DNA of 64,000 nt from NCBI GenBank assembly GCA_016704275.1, contig JADJAK010000005.1:107473-171472 (forward strand). Reading direction: 5' to 3'. This DNA is from Gemmatimonadota bacterium (GTDB taxonomy: Bacteria; Gemmatimonadota; Gemmatimonadetes; Gemmatimonadales; GWC2-71-9). Below, piece after piece: positions 40,267 through 49,321 of this stretch (position 1 is its first letter; each line of letters starts with the position of its first letter). The notes below the pieces were generated by a model. The model searched no databases. It worked only from the letters and a program-made list of their open reading frames with translations, and was not told where the DNA came from. The translations under genes and the position numbers were made by a program.

Positions 40267-40340
40267 TAGCAGGGGCGGGACTCGAACCCGCGACCCCGGC
40301 ATTATGAGTGCCGTGCTCTAACCAGCTGAGCTACCCTGCC
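40267..40340 (-). tRNA. tRNA-Met (anticodon CAU), elongator type
   Basis: A 74-nt cloverleaf was read by hand: GGCAGGG-TA-GCTC-AGCTGGTTA-GAGC-A-CGGCA-CTCATAA-TGCCG-GGGTC-GCGGG-TTCGAGT-CCCGC-CCCTGCT-A. It resembles E. coli metT. CCA is not encoded. Confidence 0.9.
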
Positions 40341-40497
40341 ATGCCGACCTCGTGTCCTTGGTCGGGACACCAAAGTAGCAACCCGCCCCCCCGAAGGGAA
40401 CTTCCCTCGGCCCGACGGCCCCCGCTCCCGGCTGGCGCTCGAATTGCCCTTCCTCTCCGTGACAGGATCGCGGTTTCGCCTGAAACGGAGGGTTGTC

Positions 40498-41613
40498 ATG
40501 CTGAACACCTGCGCTGCACCGCCTGAATCGCTCCTCCCCGACCTCCTCGAGGACGCAAAGCCGCAGCCTTCCGATCTCGGCATGATGCAATCGGTGCTCA
40601 ACGCGATCCCCTCCGCTGTCATCATTCTGGACAGCGACCGGCAAATTTTCTTCGCCAATCGAGCCGCCACCCGCCTGGCGGGAAAACTCGGGCACACCGA
40701 CGTCCAGGGGATGCGGGTGGGCGAGATGGTTGCCTGCCGGAACTTGGAAAGCGATGGCTCGGGTTGTGGGACCGCCAGGGGGTGCCGGACCTGTGGGGAG
40801 CTCCAGGCCTCCGCCACGGCGCTCCGAGGTCAGGAAGTGACCACCGAACAGCTGATCACCACGAAGTCAGGCGATTGCTACGAACTTCAGCTGACCGCCT
40901 CCCCGTTCGTCTGGCAGGGCGACGAGTACGCGCTCCTCGTGCTGACCGATATCAGCGCCGAGAAGCGGCGGGAGATGCTCGAACGGGTCTTGTTCCATGA
41001 TGTCCTGAGCATGGCCACCGGGGTCTCCGGGCTCCTGGCGGAGGCCGCACGGGAACCCTCCCTCTACCCCGTGATCAAGGACGACCTCGCGATCTCGTCG
41101 CAGGCGTTGGTCACGGAGATCAAGGGCCAGCAACAGCTGATCGACGCCGAGCTCGGCAAGCTCGTCGTCCTGCCGGAGCCCGTTGTGGCGGACCACCTGC
41201 TGCGCGAGGTACGCGAGGCGTTTCAGTTCCATCCTGACGCCATGGGGAAGGAGATCGCGCTCGAGGCCGACCTCCCCTCGTTCATGCTGCGCTCCGATCC
41301 CTCCCTCCTGAAGCACATTCTCGGCAACCTGTTGAGGAACGCCCTGGAGGCGACCCTTCCCGGGACGACTGTCCGACTCGGCGCCGCGCGTGCGGGAACA
41401 GGCTGCGAGTTCTGGTGCTGGAACGAAGGCGTCATTCCGGCCGAGATCCAGCGGCAGATCTTCCAGCGGAGCTTCAGCACGAAGGGAAGCGGCCGCGGGA
41501 CCGGGACCTACAGCCTGCGGCTGTTCGTGGAGGTCTACCTCGGTGGCCGGGTCGACTTCACGTCGAGCAAGGCGGCGGGGACGCGGTTCTTCCTCTGGTT
41601 GCCGATGGGGTAA
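40498..41613 (+). CDS. Orphan PAS-type sensor histidine kinase with a Cys-x9-Cys-x5-Cys-x2-Cys insert
   Basis: The ATG at 40498 follows a GGAGGG Shine-Dalgarno sequence. It has a PAS-like N-terminus, an H-box (VLFHDVLSMATG), an N-box (LLRNALEA) and G-boxes (STKGSGRGTGTYSLRL). No response regulator is adjacent. Confidence 0.8.
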   Translation: MLNTCAAPPESLLPDLLEDAKPQPSDLGMMQSVLNAIPSAVIILDSDRQIFFANRAATRLAGKLGHTDVQGMRVGEMVACRNLESDGSGCGTARGCRTCGELQASATALRGQEVTTEQLITTKSGDCYELQLTASPFVWQGDEYALLVLTDISAEKRREMLERVLFHDVLSMATGVSGLLAEAAREPSLYPVIKDDLAISSQALVTEIKGQQQLIDAELGKLVVLPEPVVADHLLREVREAFQFHPDAMGKEIALEADLPSFMLRSDPSLLKHILGNLLRNALEATLPGTTVRLGAARAGTGCEFWCWNEGVIPAEIQRQIFQRSFSTKGSGRGTGTYSLRLFVEVYLGGRVDFTSSKAAGTRFFLWLPMG

Positions 41614-41718
41614 GCGTCGGGTCCCATGCCGCCCTTCGCGTGAGCGTCATCGGCGCCCGAGCAATCCAGTTCCCGTCCTCCGGCGTACTTCGGGCAACCC
41701 AGCCGAGGACGCCCCCCA

Positions 41719-43965
41719 ATGCGGCACAGCCTGCCACTCCTGTTGTTGTGCTCGACCCTCGCCGCGCCTGGAGTACTGGGCGCGCAGGGCGCGCTCGTTG
41801 TGTCCGGAACGGTCCGGTCGGCGGCCAATGCCACCCTCCTCGCGGGCGCGACGATCACCCTGCGGCAGGCGGGGCGGCGGGTGCTCGTTTCGCGTGAGGG
41901 GAGCTTTCGCGTCACCACCACCCTGGGCGAGTGGCTTGTCGCGGCGCAGATAGGCTTCGCGCCGGACTCGGTTCGTGTCGCATCCGCCACCGTGGTACTG
42001 CATCTCCGTCCGGCACCCATCCAGCTCTCGCCGATCACGACGGTGACGTCGCCGCTGGTGGCCGAGCGTGGCGCGCAGGAGGTGCGCGACCTCGATCGTG
42101 CGTTGCGGCCGCATGACTCCTCGCAGGAGCTGCTGCGGTTGGTGCCCGGGCTCGTGATTGCGCAGCACGGCGGGGGCGGCAAGGCCGAGCAGATCTTCCT
42201 GCGTGGCTTCGATGCCGATCATGGCACCGACGTCGCCATCTCCGTTGATGGGACACCGGTCAACATGGTCAGCCATGCGCATGGGCAGGGGTATGCCGAC
42301 CTGCATTTCCTCCTGCCGGAAGTGGTCGGCGGGCTGCAGGTGCGGAAGGGGCCGTTCGATGTGCGCGATGGCAACCTCGCGACGGCCGGTGCGGTCGCGT
42401 TCACGACGGTGGATCGTTTGGCGAGCGCCAGCACCGAGGTGCGTGCCGGTGCCTTCAATGCCACGAGCGCACGGCTGCTGGTGCCGTTCGGCGGCGGAGC
42501 GGGTGCGTTCGGTGGTTACGCAGCGGGTGCCGTGGCACGTACCGACGGCCCATTCCTCGCCCCGCAGCGGTACCGACGGGCCAACGGCTTTGCCAAGGTT
42601 ACCGCACCCATCACGGCGGCGGCCGAGTTCGTGGCGACGCTTTCCGCCTTCGACGCGACGTGGGATGCCTCGGGCCAGATCCCGCGACGCGCGGTGACGT
42701 CGGGCACCATCTCACGCTTCGGTTCGATCGACCCCAGCGAAGGGGGCAACACGCGTCGGGGCGACGTGTCGCTCGCGCTCCGCTCGCGTGGTGCGGATGC
42801 GCCGTGGCAACTGCGGGCCTACGCGGTGCGGTCGGACTTCGCGCTCTACTCGAACTTCACCTACTTCCTGGCCGACTCGGTGAACGGCGATGGCATCGCC
42901 CAGCACGAGTCGCGCACCATCGGTGGCCTGCAGGCCGATATGGCCCGGCCGACGATGCTCCTCGGGCGTGAGGGGCAGTTCGCGCTGCTGATGGGAGTGC
43001 GGGTGGACGGCGTCGACGTCGCGCTGCGCAATCAGACGCGGCGCGTGTTGCGCGATGACCGGTTGGTATCAACCATTGCGGAATCGAACTACTTCACGGC
43101 GCTGTCGCAGTCGGCGGCGCTAAGTAGCCGCGTGCATGCCACGCTTGGCGTGCGCGGCGACGTCTTCCGGCAGTCGGTCGTTGATCGGACCACCGGGCTG
43201 GCGGGGGGCGTCGCAGGGACCCGGACCACCGGCGTGGTATCGCCACGATTCTCCCTCGACGCCGTCGCGGGGCGGGGCGTCCGGATCACTGCGCAGATGG
43301 GCGCGGGCTTCCACAGCAACGATGCCCGTGACGTGGTGCAGGCCCCGCGTGCCGTCGCGGTGTTGCCCCGTGCGCTGGGCATGGAGCTCGGCGCGCGGCG
43401 GACGTGGGCGGGCGGCTCGGTGGCGGCGGCGCTCTGGCAAACCACGCTCGAGAGTGAACTGGTCTTCGTGGGCGACGAAGGAGTCACCGAGGCGAGTGGA
43501 CGGACGCGCCGGATTGGCGCCGACCTGGAGGGTCGCGTGCGCCTCGCGCCGGGACTGTGGGCCGACGCCGATCTGAACCTGGCGCGGGGGCGCTTCCGTG
43601 ATGAGCCGGCAGGTGCCGATCGCATCCCACTTGCTCCGACGCTGACCGCGACGGCCGGGCTCTCCCTCCGGGACCGCGGCCCCCTCACCGCCGGCATTCG
43701 CGTGCGGCACATCGGCGCCCGCGCCGCCGATGAACGCGGTGAGGTGATCGCCGAGGGGCAGACGATCACCGAGCTCTCGGCCGAACTCGCGCTGGGGCGC
43801 TGGGTCCTGATCGGCGGCGTCGAGAACCTCTTCAACGTGGAGTGGAACGAGGCGCAGTTCGCGACCACCTCCCGGCTCCGTGGCGAAGCCGGGCCAGTCA
43901 CGGAGCTGCACTTCACCCCCGGGAGCGGTCGGGCGCTGCGGGTGGGGGTGCGGGTGGCGCGGTAG
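41719..43965 (+). CDS. TonB-dependent outer-membrane receptor with N-terminal carboxypeptidase-regulatory-like domain
   Basis: 748-aa ORF with a signal peptide. It has a CarbopepD_reg-like segment (VSGTVRSAANATLLAGATITL), a plug (GKAEQIFLRGFDADHGTDVAISVDG) and a C-terminal beta-barrel that does not end in a classic terminal Phe. Confidence 0.8.
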   Translation: MRHSLPLLLLCSTLAAPGVLGAQGALVVSGTVRSAANATLLAGATITLRQAGRRVLVSREGSFRVTTTLGEWLVAAQIGFAPDSVRVASATVVLHLRPAPIQLSPITTVTSPLVAERGAQEVRDLDRALRPHDSSQELLRLVPGLVIAQHGGGGKAEQIFLRGFDADHGTDVAISVDGTPVNMVSHAHGQGYADLHFLLPEVVGGLQVRKGPFDVRDGNLATAGAVAFTTVDRLASASTEVRAGAFNATSARLLVPFGGGAGAFGGYAAGAVARTDGPFLAPQRYRRANGFAKVTAPITAAAEFVATLSAFDATWDASGQIPRRAVTSGTISRFGSIDPSEGGNTRRGDVSLALRSRGADAPWQLRAYAVRSDFALYSNFTYFLADSVNGDGIAQHESRTIGGLQADMARPTMLLGREGQFALLMGVRVDGVDVALRNQTRRVLRDDRLVSTIAESNYFTALSQSAALSSRVHATLGVRGDVFRQSVVDRTTGLAGGVAGTRTTGVVSPRFSLDAVAGRGVRITAQMGAGFHSNDARDVVQAPRAVAVLPRALGMELGARRTWAGGSVAAALWQTTLESELVFVGDEGVTEASGRTRRIGADLEGRVRLAPGLWADADLNLARGRFRDEPAGADRIPLAPTLTATAGLSLRDRGPLTAGIRVRHIGARAADERGEVIAEGQTITELSAELALGRWVLIGGVENLFNVEWNEAQFATTSRLRGEAGPVTELHFTPGSGRALRVGVRVAR

Positions 43966-44039
43966 CAGCGGGTGGCGGCGCCAGCTTGCGCTGGGCGAGG
44001 TCAGGAGAGATCCTCCGGGGGCCACCTCCTGACATCGAG

Positions 44040-45160
44040 ATGAGAATGTTGTTCCACGTTCCTGGCCTGCTCACGGCTTCCCTGTTGCTGCTTGGCGTCG
44101 GTCAGCTTCGGGCGCAAGCTGCCTGGCGACTGGTCGAGCAAGCACGCTATGGCTCCGCGACCGATCCTCGGGCGGAACTGACGAAGGTGCTCGGCGTGGC
44201 CGTCGCCCCGGACGGGGCGGTGCTGGTGCAGGAGGAAGCCACGCAGCGCATCCTGCGCTTCGGGCCCGACGGGCGCTTCCTCACCAGTGCCGGTGGGAAG
44301 GGCAGTGGGCCGGGCGAGTTCCGGTCGATGATGCCGTGGGGGCGCGCGTCGGACGGCACGCTCTGGATCAATGATCCCGGCAACAGCCGGGTCACGGTGA
44401 TGGGCGCAGACGGCAGCTATCTCCGTACCATGCCGATCATGAACACCGATCGACTCCATGTCCCTGTGCAAGTGGATCGCGCCGGGCACCTGCTCATGCA
44501 GGTGATTCGCAATCCGCAGTCGCCCAATTTCGATATCGCGATGCAGCGACGTTCGAAGGACGGCACGGTCCTCGATACGCTCACCGTCCCGTCGTGCCCG
44601 CTGCTCGGCCCCCAACCGACTCGGATGCTCCGCGTGGCCAATCGTCCGATGGTGTATCCGTTGCTGCCTGCGGCCATTTCCGAAATCACTGCGGACGGCG
44701 CCGTCTGGTGTAGTGCTGGTGGCAACTACCGCGCGTTCAAATTGCGGCTCGGCCAGGGTGACACGCTGCGCGCGATCACCGGCAGCGCAGCGCCTATCCG
44801 CCATCCGTCGACGATCCGTGACAGCGCGATCGCGGAGTTCCGCCGGGCGGTCGTACAGGCCGGTGGAAAGGAGGGGGATGTCGACGCGAGTACGATACCG
44901 ACCAAGCGACCCGCAATCATGTCGGTGGTGGAAGATGATGAGCATCGGTCTGGGTGATGGTCCCTGACGGCGGATGCGTCGGGCCAGCGATACGACGTGT
45001 ATTCACAGGCTGGGGCCCCCTGGCCGCGCGCGTGTCGATCCCGGTCCTGCTCTACCCGCGGTTCACACGGGTGGTGCTCGGTAGCCATCTCTACGCCGTC
45101 GTGCGGGATGAGGACGATGTCCCCACCGTGGTCCGATTCCGGATTGTGAACGGGCGATGA
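44040..45160 (+). pseudogene. 6-bladed beta-propeller (NHL/TolB-like) family protein, copy 1; C-terminal about 68 codons displaced by a frameshift near 44945-44960
   Basis: The ATG at 44040 is followed by a signal peptide. The hallmark GSGPGEF is present. The ORF stops at 44957 (…VVEDDEHRSG), but the typical family C-terminus (VPDGG...LYAVVRDEDDVPTVVRFRIV) continues in ORF 44954-45160. Confidence 0.6.
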
Positions 45161-45189
45161 TCCGCGCCAACAGCACCAGACCCTCGAGG

Positions 45190-46100
45190 CCCTCATGCTG
45201 ATTCGCCCGACCGCCATTGCCTGCGCGTTGCCTTCACCCCCTCGGCCACCGCCCAGCAGCCGCCCACGCTTATTCGCCTCGAACCCGGCACCTGCCCAAC
45301 CTGCACGGTCACGCTCGAGAAGGTCGCCGTCATCGGCAAGGCGACCGGACAAGGAGCTGGCATCCCGGAGCACGCGAACTCCGTGCCCTGCGCGACGGCG
45401 GGACGCCGCGTGTCCGACATCCATGGCGAAGCGCCAATCCTCCGATACGATCGCTGGGAGGCTGCTCGGGCGATCGGCACGCTGGGAGACGGCCCGGGTG
45501 AGTATCGCGTCCTCGCGTCGTCCCGTGCTCGTGGGGACTCAATGAGTCTGCTGGGCCGTCGGCCGGGTCGACGACGATCTCGGTGAAGTCGGTCGTGGGC
45601 GCAGTGATCCACTGCCGCAGGGCACCCAGGCGTTTTTGAACACGTCGTCCTCACGGACGGCCGGGCGTCGTCAACATCCCGAACGCCGAAGGAACGGAGG
45701 TTCGCGCTACTGACGCCGAAGGCGCAGTTGACCGACGCGGTTCGGTCCGGTACCGACCTAGATTGTGGTGCCGCGGCAGGGGGGGCGTACCATCGGCGAC
45801 ACTACCCGGCCTGGGGCGCCAGCGCCTCCGGCGGCTGCTGGGCCGGGGCGACGTACTACCGCCATCGCTGGCAAAAGGTGGCGCCGACGGGACGGTGGTC
45901 CGGGACATCTAACGTTCGCCGACCCGGTTGCAGCCCTTCACCCATGCCGAGATCGAGGAGATGTCACAGCGGCTCGGCGAACTGCGGACGCCGCGCCACG
46001 GTGATGGTTGATCCGGTGTCACCCCGACCGGTGAAGTGCTCGCGGTGTATCGCGTCGCCGATGCCAACGGAAGGCCGATCCGAAGCGGCGCCGCCGCACC
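45190..46100 (+). pseudogene. Decayed copy 2 of the same beta-propeller family (multiple frameshifts/stops; boundaries approximate)
   Basis: Fragments in different frames: CTVTLEKVAVIGKATGQG...ILRYD...GTLGDGPGEYRV (45290-45510), PFTHAEIEEMSQRLGEL (about 45930-46000) and GEVLAVYRVADANGRPI (about 46030-46080). No intact ORF is present. Confidence 0.45.
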
Positions 46101-46181
46101 CGGTCGCCGGGGAATCTCCTGTAGAGAAGCTGGTGCCGACCGGGGGCATCGAACGCTACGTCGACGCCGTCCTCGAGGCCT

Positions 46182-47369
46182 ATGAGGGAACGCGACGGCA
46201 GCCTTCTCGGGGCCTCGCGCGGCGTCACCATCCTCGAGCATCCTGCCGGCGCGCTGGAACGCGCACCGCTCATCGCGTTTGATTCGGTGCCGTTCGCCGA
46301 AGTTCGCGGTGACTCCACCTCGGACGATCTCTCGCGCGTCTTTGCTGGCGTCGCGCTCTCCGACGGCGGCTTCGCCTTCTTTGACCCGATGCGGGCTGGT
46401 GTCTGGATCGTCGACTCGGTCGGCGCCTTGCAGCGCGTCATCGGTCGTCGGGGTGAGGGGCCGGGAGAGTTCGAGGAGGTGGAGAGCGGCGTCGCGCGCG
46501 GCGTCGATGACACCCTGGCGGTCACCGATGTGTCGACGGCCCGCGTGACGATTCTCCACCCAACGGGTGGCGTGGTCCGTCAGGCACCTTTCGAGAGATC
46601 CCTCGGCGGGAACGCGTATGCCTTGAATGGAGGTCTTCCTGACGGGAGCTGGGTGGCCAGCCCATCGTCCTGGGTCATCGTGGGGATGGGTGCGCCTGCC
46701 TTTGGCCTCGAGCGTGGGGTGCCGGTCCTCCATGTCGACCCGTTCGCGGCACCGCCGCGGCGGGATTCGGTTGGGTTTCTCACATCGCTGAAGGCGGTGC
46801 GGGTTGTCACGAAGATGCGGGGCCGCGAGGAGCGGGGCGTGGTGATTCCAGAATTCACCAATCCCGGGCGAGGATTCGCGTGGGGTGGGAAGGTGGCCCT
46901 GTATGACAATCATCGCTGGGAACTCGTCCTCACGCCCCCCGTCGCGGGGGGGCAGCGGTCGGTCATTCGCGTCGTCGACGGTGCGCGCCACTCGACCCCT
47001 GCGTTGCTCGACAGCGTGGCCGCAGAACGACGCCGGAGGAGCGAGCGCGTGATCGCGGCGGGCAGGACACCCATGGAAACGCCTGAGGAAGCGGAATTCA
47101 ATGCGCGAAGCACCCCGATGGCCGAGGTCGTCGCCCCCTTCGGGAGGGAATACGTCGCCCCGCGGGGCACGCTCTGGCTCGTCGACCAGAAGGTGCCGGG
47201 CGATCCCGCGATTGGCATGACAGCGCTCGACACGGCTGGGCGGCTTCTCGGGCGCGCGTTCCTCCCGCCGTCATCGGAGATCGTGGCTGTCGGCGAGGAC
47301 CGCGTCCTGCTGCGGCACAAGGGCGAGGATGACGTGGTCGTGCTGCGGATCCACCGGCTGCGACGGTGA
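46182..47369 (+). CDS. Beta-propeller family protein, copy 3 (GEGPGEF motif); N-terminus uncertain, no signal peptide in the called ORF
   Basis: 395-aa ORF with the motifs IGRRGEGPGEFEEV, LAVTDVSTARVTILHP and LWLVDQ, and a C-terminus VLLRHKGEDDVVVLRIHRL analogous to copy 1. Confidence 0.6.
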   Translation: MRERDGSLLGASRGVTILEHPAGALERAPLIAFDSVPFAEVRGDSTSDDLSRVFAGVALSDGGFAFFDPMRAGVWIVDSVGALQRVIGRRGEGPGEFEEVESGVARGVDDTLAVTDVSTARVTILHPTGGVVRQAPFERSLGGNAYALNGGLPDGSWVASPSSWVIVGMGAPAFGLERGVPVLHVDPFAAPPRRDSVGFLTSLKAVRVVTKMRGREERGVVIPEFTNPGRGFAWGGKVALYDNHRWELVLTPPVAGGQRSVIRVVDGARHSTPALLDSVAAERRRRSERVIAAGRTPMETPEEAEFNARSTPMAEVVAPFGREYVAPRGTLWLVDQKVPGDPAIGMTALDTAGRLLGRAFLPPSSEIVAVGEDRVLLRHKGEDDVVVLRIHRLRR

Positions 47370-48022
47370 AAGTGCCGACGAGTAGCCTGCTCCTGCTCAC
47401 CATCGGCGCCGCCGCCTGCACCTCGCGCCCCGAGGGCCCCGCAGTGGTGTACTCGGCCGACACCAGTCGCGCCGCGTATTCACAACTGCCGGATTCCTTC
47501 GACTACGTCACCACTGCGGTTCGGCAGATGGGCGAGCCGCCCCTGGTCGGGGCCAAGCTCCGCCCCGGCACGACGGTGATCCGCTTTGTGTGGGCGCGGT
47601 CGTTTCATCCCTACGTGGCGGTCCGATTCGTCATGGAGCCGAAGCAATGCGCGGTCATAACCACCGAGATGAAGCCGGAGGAGACCATTTCTCTGAGGAC
47701 GCCGGATAGCGCCGGTCTGTCAGAGGCCGCTGCGACCACTCCCGGCAAGATCATCCGGCAGGACTCCGTGCCGCTGCTCGCGGGCGACTGCAAGGCGATG
47801 CGGACCACCCTCGAGCGCCTGGGGCTCTGGCAGGTCAAGTCGCGCACGCCTGGTGGACTCGATGGCTCCGACTGGCGCTTCGAGCGCGTGGATGCCAACG
47901 GCTACAGCTTCGTGCAGCGGTGGTCGCCGAACGCGCAGGAAGGGCACGAGCTCTGGAGTGCGGGGCTGGCGTTGCTCAAGATGGCCAACGCGCTCCCCTC
48001 CGGGCCGCGGGCGCTCTACTAG
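47366..48022 (+). CDS. Hypothetical lipoprotein
   Basis: 218-aa ORF. Its GTG start overlaps the previous stop (GTGA). A lipobox is present (LLLLTIGAAAC). I recognise no family. Confidence 0.55.
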   Translation: MKVPTSSLLLLTIGAAACTSRPEGPAVVYSADTSRAAYSQLPDSFDYVTTAVRQMGEPPLVGAKLRPGTTVIRFVWARSFHPYVAVRFVMEPKQCAVITTEMKPEETISLRTPDSAGLSEAAATTPGKIIRQDSVPLLAGDCKAMRTTLERLGLWQVKSRTPGGLDGSDWRFERVDANGYSFVQRWSPNAQEGHELWSAGLALLKMANALPSGPRALY

Positions 48023-48204
48023 TCCTCGCCCGCACCAGGCTGTCATCATCCCGCCTCGATGCCCAGCTTCGCCCCGACCGACGCATTCTTCGAGCGACAC
48101 ATCTATCGTTGGAGTCGCTAGCAGGCCCCACGCGCCCGGAGCACCCCACGACCTCACCGATCTCGCGCCCGACCCCTCCCGCCGCCGACCTCGCCCCGCC
48201 AGGG

Positions 48205-49290
48205 GTGAACGTCGCCGGCGCGGCCGTGTCGCCCGCCGCCGCGGCGCTCTCGGCCCGCGTCGCCGAGCTGCTCGCGATGCTCGATCACTCCGGTGTCGTG
48301 CGCGTGGTGAACGTCGAACCGCTCCCCGATGGGAAGACCGGCTACGATCTGCGCATCCTCCCCGAGGCGCGCGCCCTGCCGAGCACCGGCGCGGCGCGGA
48401 TCGGCGAGGCGGTGCAACTCGTCGCGCGCGTGGCCGACCTCCTGGTCCAGGGGAAGGCGGCCGGGATGGTGCTGCACGAGGTGACGGTCGATGGCGCACC
48501 GATCGCGGCCAGCCGTGCGGAGGTGGCCGGGCTCGGGACGTTGCTGCGCAGCATGCTGCCGAAGGGAACGGCGCAACTCCCGCCGGTTGTCGAGACCATC
48601 ATCAGGCGGGCCCTCGACGCCGAGGCGCCCGACCGGTATCAATCGGTCACCGAGCTGCGCAGCGATCTCCTCAAGCTGCAACAGACCATTCCCGTTCCCG
48701 CGCGCGGGGGCACGGTCGAACTGACTCGCTCGGCGCAGTTGCTCGCAGCGATGGAGTTTCCCGACGTGGTCACGGTGGCCAGTGCGGGGCCGCTTCCCGA
48801 CGGGCGCATCGGGTATGCGCTTCGTCAGCTGCTCGATGGCGATGTCCCGGCCCGCCTCGGGTTGACGAGCTCCGGCGACGTCGTCGCCCTGATGGCGCGG
48901 CTGAGCGACGCACTGACCCAGGGGCGCGACGCGGGGATGGTGCTCCGCGAGGTGACGTCGCGCGGGGTCACGCTCCCGTTCGCCGCCGGGGACGCGCGCG
49001 CCGAGCTGATGGCGCTCGGCACCATCCTGCGCGACGTGTTGACAGCGAGTCAGGGAGCGCCGACGGCGCCGCTTGCGGCCCTGATTCAGCGAGCGCTGGA
49101 TCCGGAAGAGGCGAAACCGTTCGACAACGTGGCCGAGTTGCGCGATGAGCTCGTTCGGCAGCAGCAGGCGGCACGGTTGATTCCACTCCCCCCGCGGCCC
49201 CCGATCGAGGCGAAGAGCGGGGGGGAGTGGATCTGGTGGTTTGTCGCGGTGGCGGTGGTGCTGGTGTTCGCGGTGCTGATCTTCCGCTGA
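48205..49290 (+). CDS. Tail-anchored protein made of two tandem degenerate protein-kinase-like (pseudokinase) modules; start uncertain (GTG 48205 or upstream TTG)
   Basis: Internal repeats of about 145 aa are at 48250-48684 and 48718-49167. Each resembles a kinase from beta4 to helix I, but the HRD box is replaced by MVLHEVT or MVLREVT, DFG is absent and there is no Gly-loop or VAIK Lys. The C-terminal TM (WIWWFVAVAVVLVFAVLIF) is at 49225-49284. Confidence 0.6.
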   Translation: MNVAGAAVSPAAAALSARVAELLAMLDHSGVVRVVNVEPLPDGKTGYDLRILPEARALPSTGAARIGEAVQLVARVADLLVQGKAAGMVLHEVTVDGAPIAASRAEVAGLGTLLRSMLPKGTAQLPPVVETIIRRALDAEAPDRYQSVTELRSDLLKLQQTIPVPARGGTVELTRSAQLLAAMEFPDVVTVASAGPLPDGRIGYALRQLLDGDVPARLGLTSSGDVVALMARLSDALTQGRDAGMVLREVTSRGVTLPFAAGDARAELMALGTILRDVLTASQGAPTAPLAALIQRALDPEEAKPFDNVAELRDELVRQQQAARLIPLPPRPPIEAKSGGEWIWWFVAVAVVLVFAVLIFR

Positions 49291-49321
49291 TCGGTGGACG
49301 CCGTCCGGTCTGGCGCCGCGC

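Noticed and set aside
40267-40340. Initiator tRNA-fMet or tRNA-Ile2 (lysidine) identity for the CAU tRNA
   Set aside because: It has no C1-A72 mismatch and lacks the three consecutive G-C pairs at the base of the anticodon stem. The body is closest to E. coli elongator metT as I recall it. The Ile2 possibility cannot be fully excluded by eye.
43966-44039. Hairpin GTCAGGAG-N18-CTCCTGAC after the TonB-dependent receptor as an intrinsic terminator
   Set aside because: It has an 8-bp stem but a long loop and no following T tract, which is insufficient to call.
45909-46991. 360-aa minus-strand ORF spanning the decayed paralog region and propeller copy 3
   Set aside because: It overlaps a plus-strand ORF that carries family motifs (GEGPGEF and others). 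Its own translation is Arg/Pro/Asp-rich without motifs, so it is most likely an antisense artefact.
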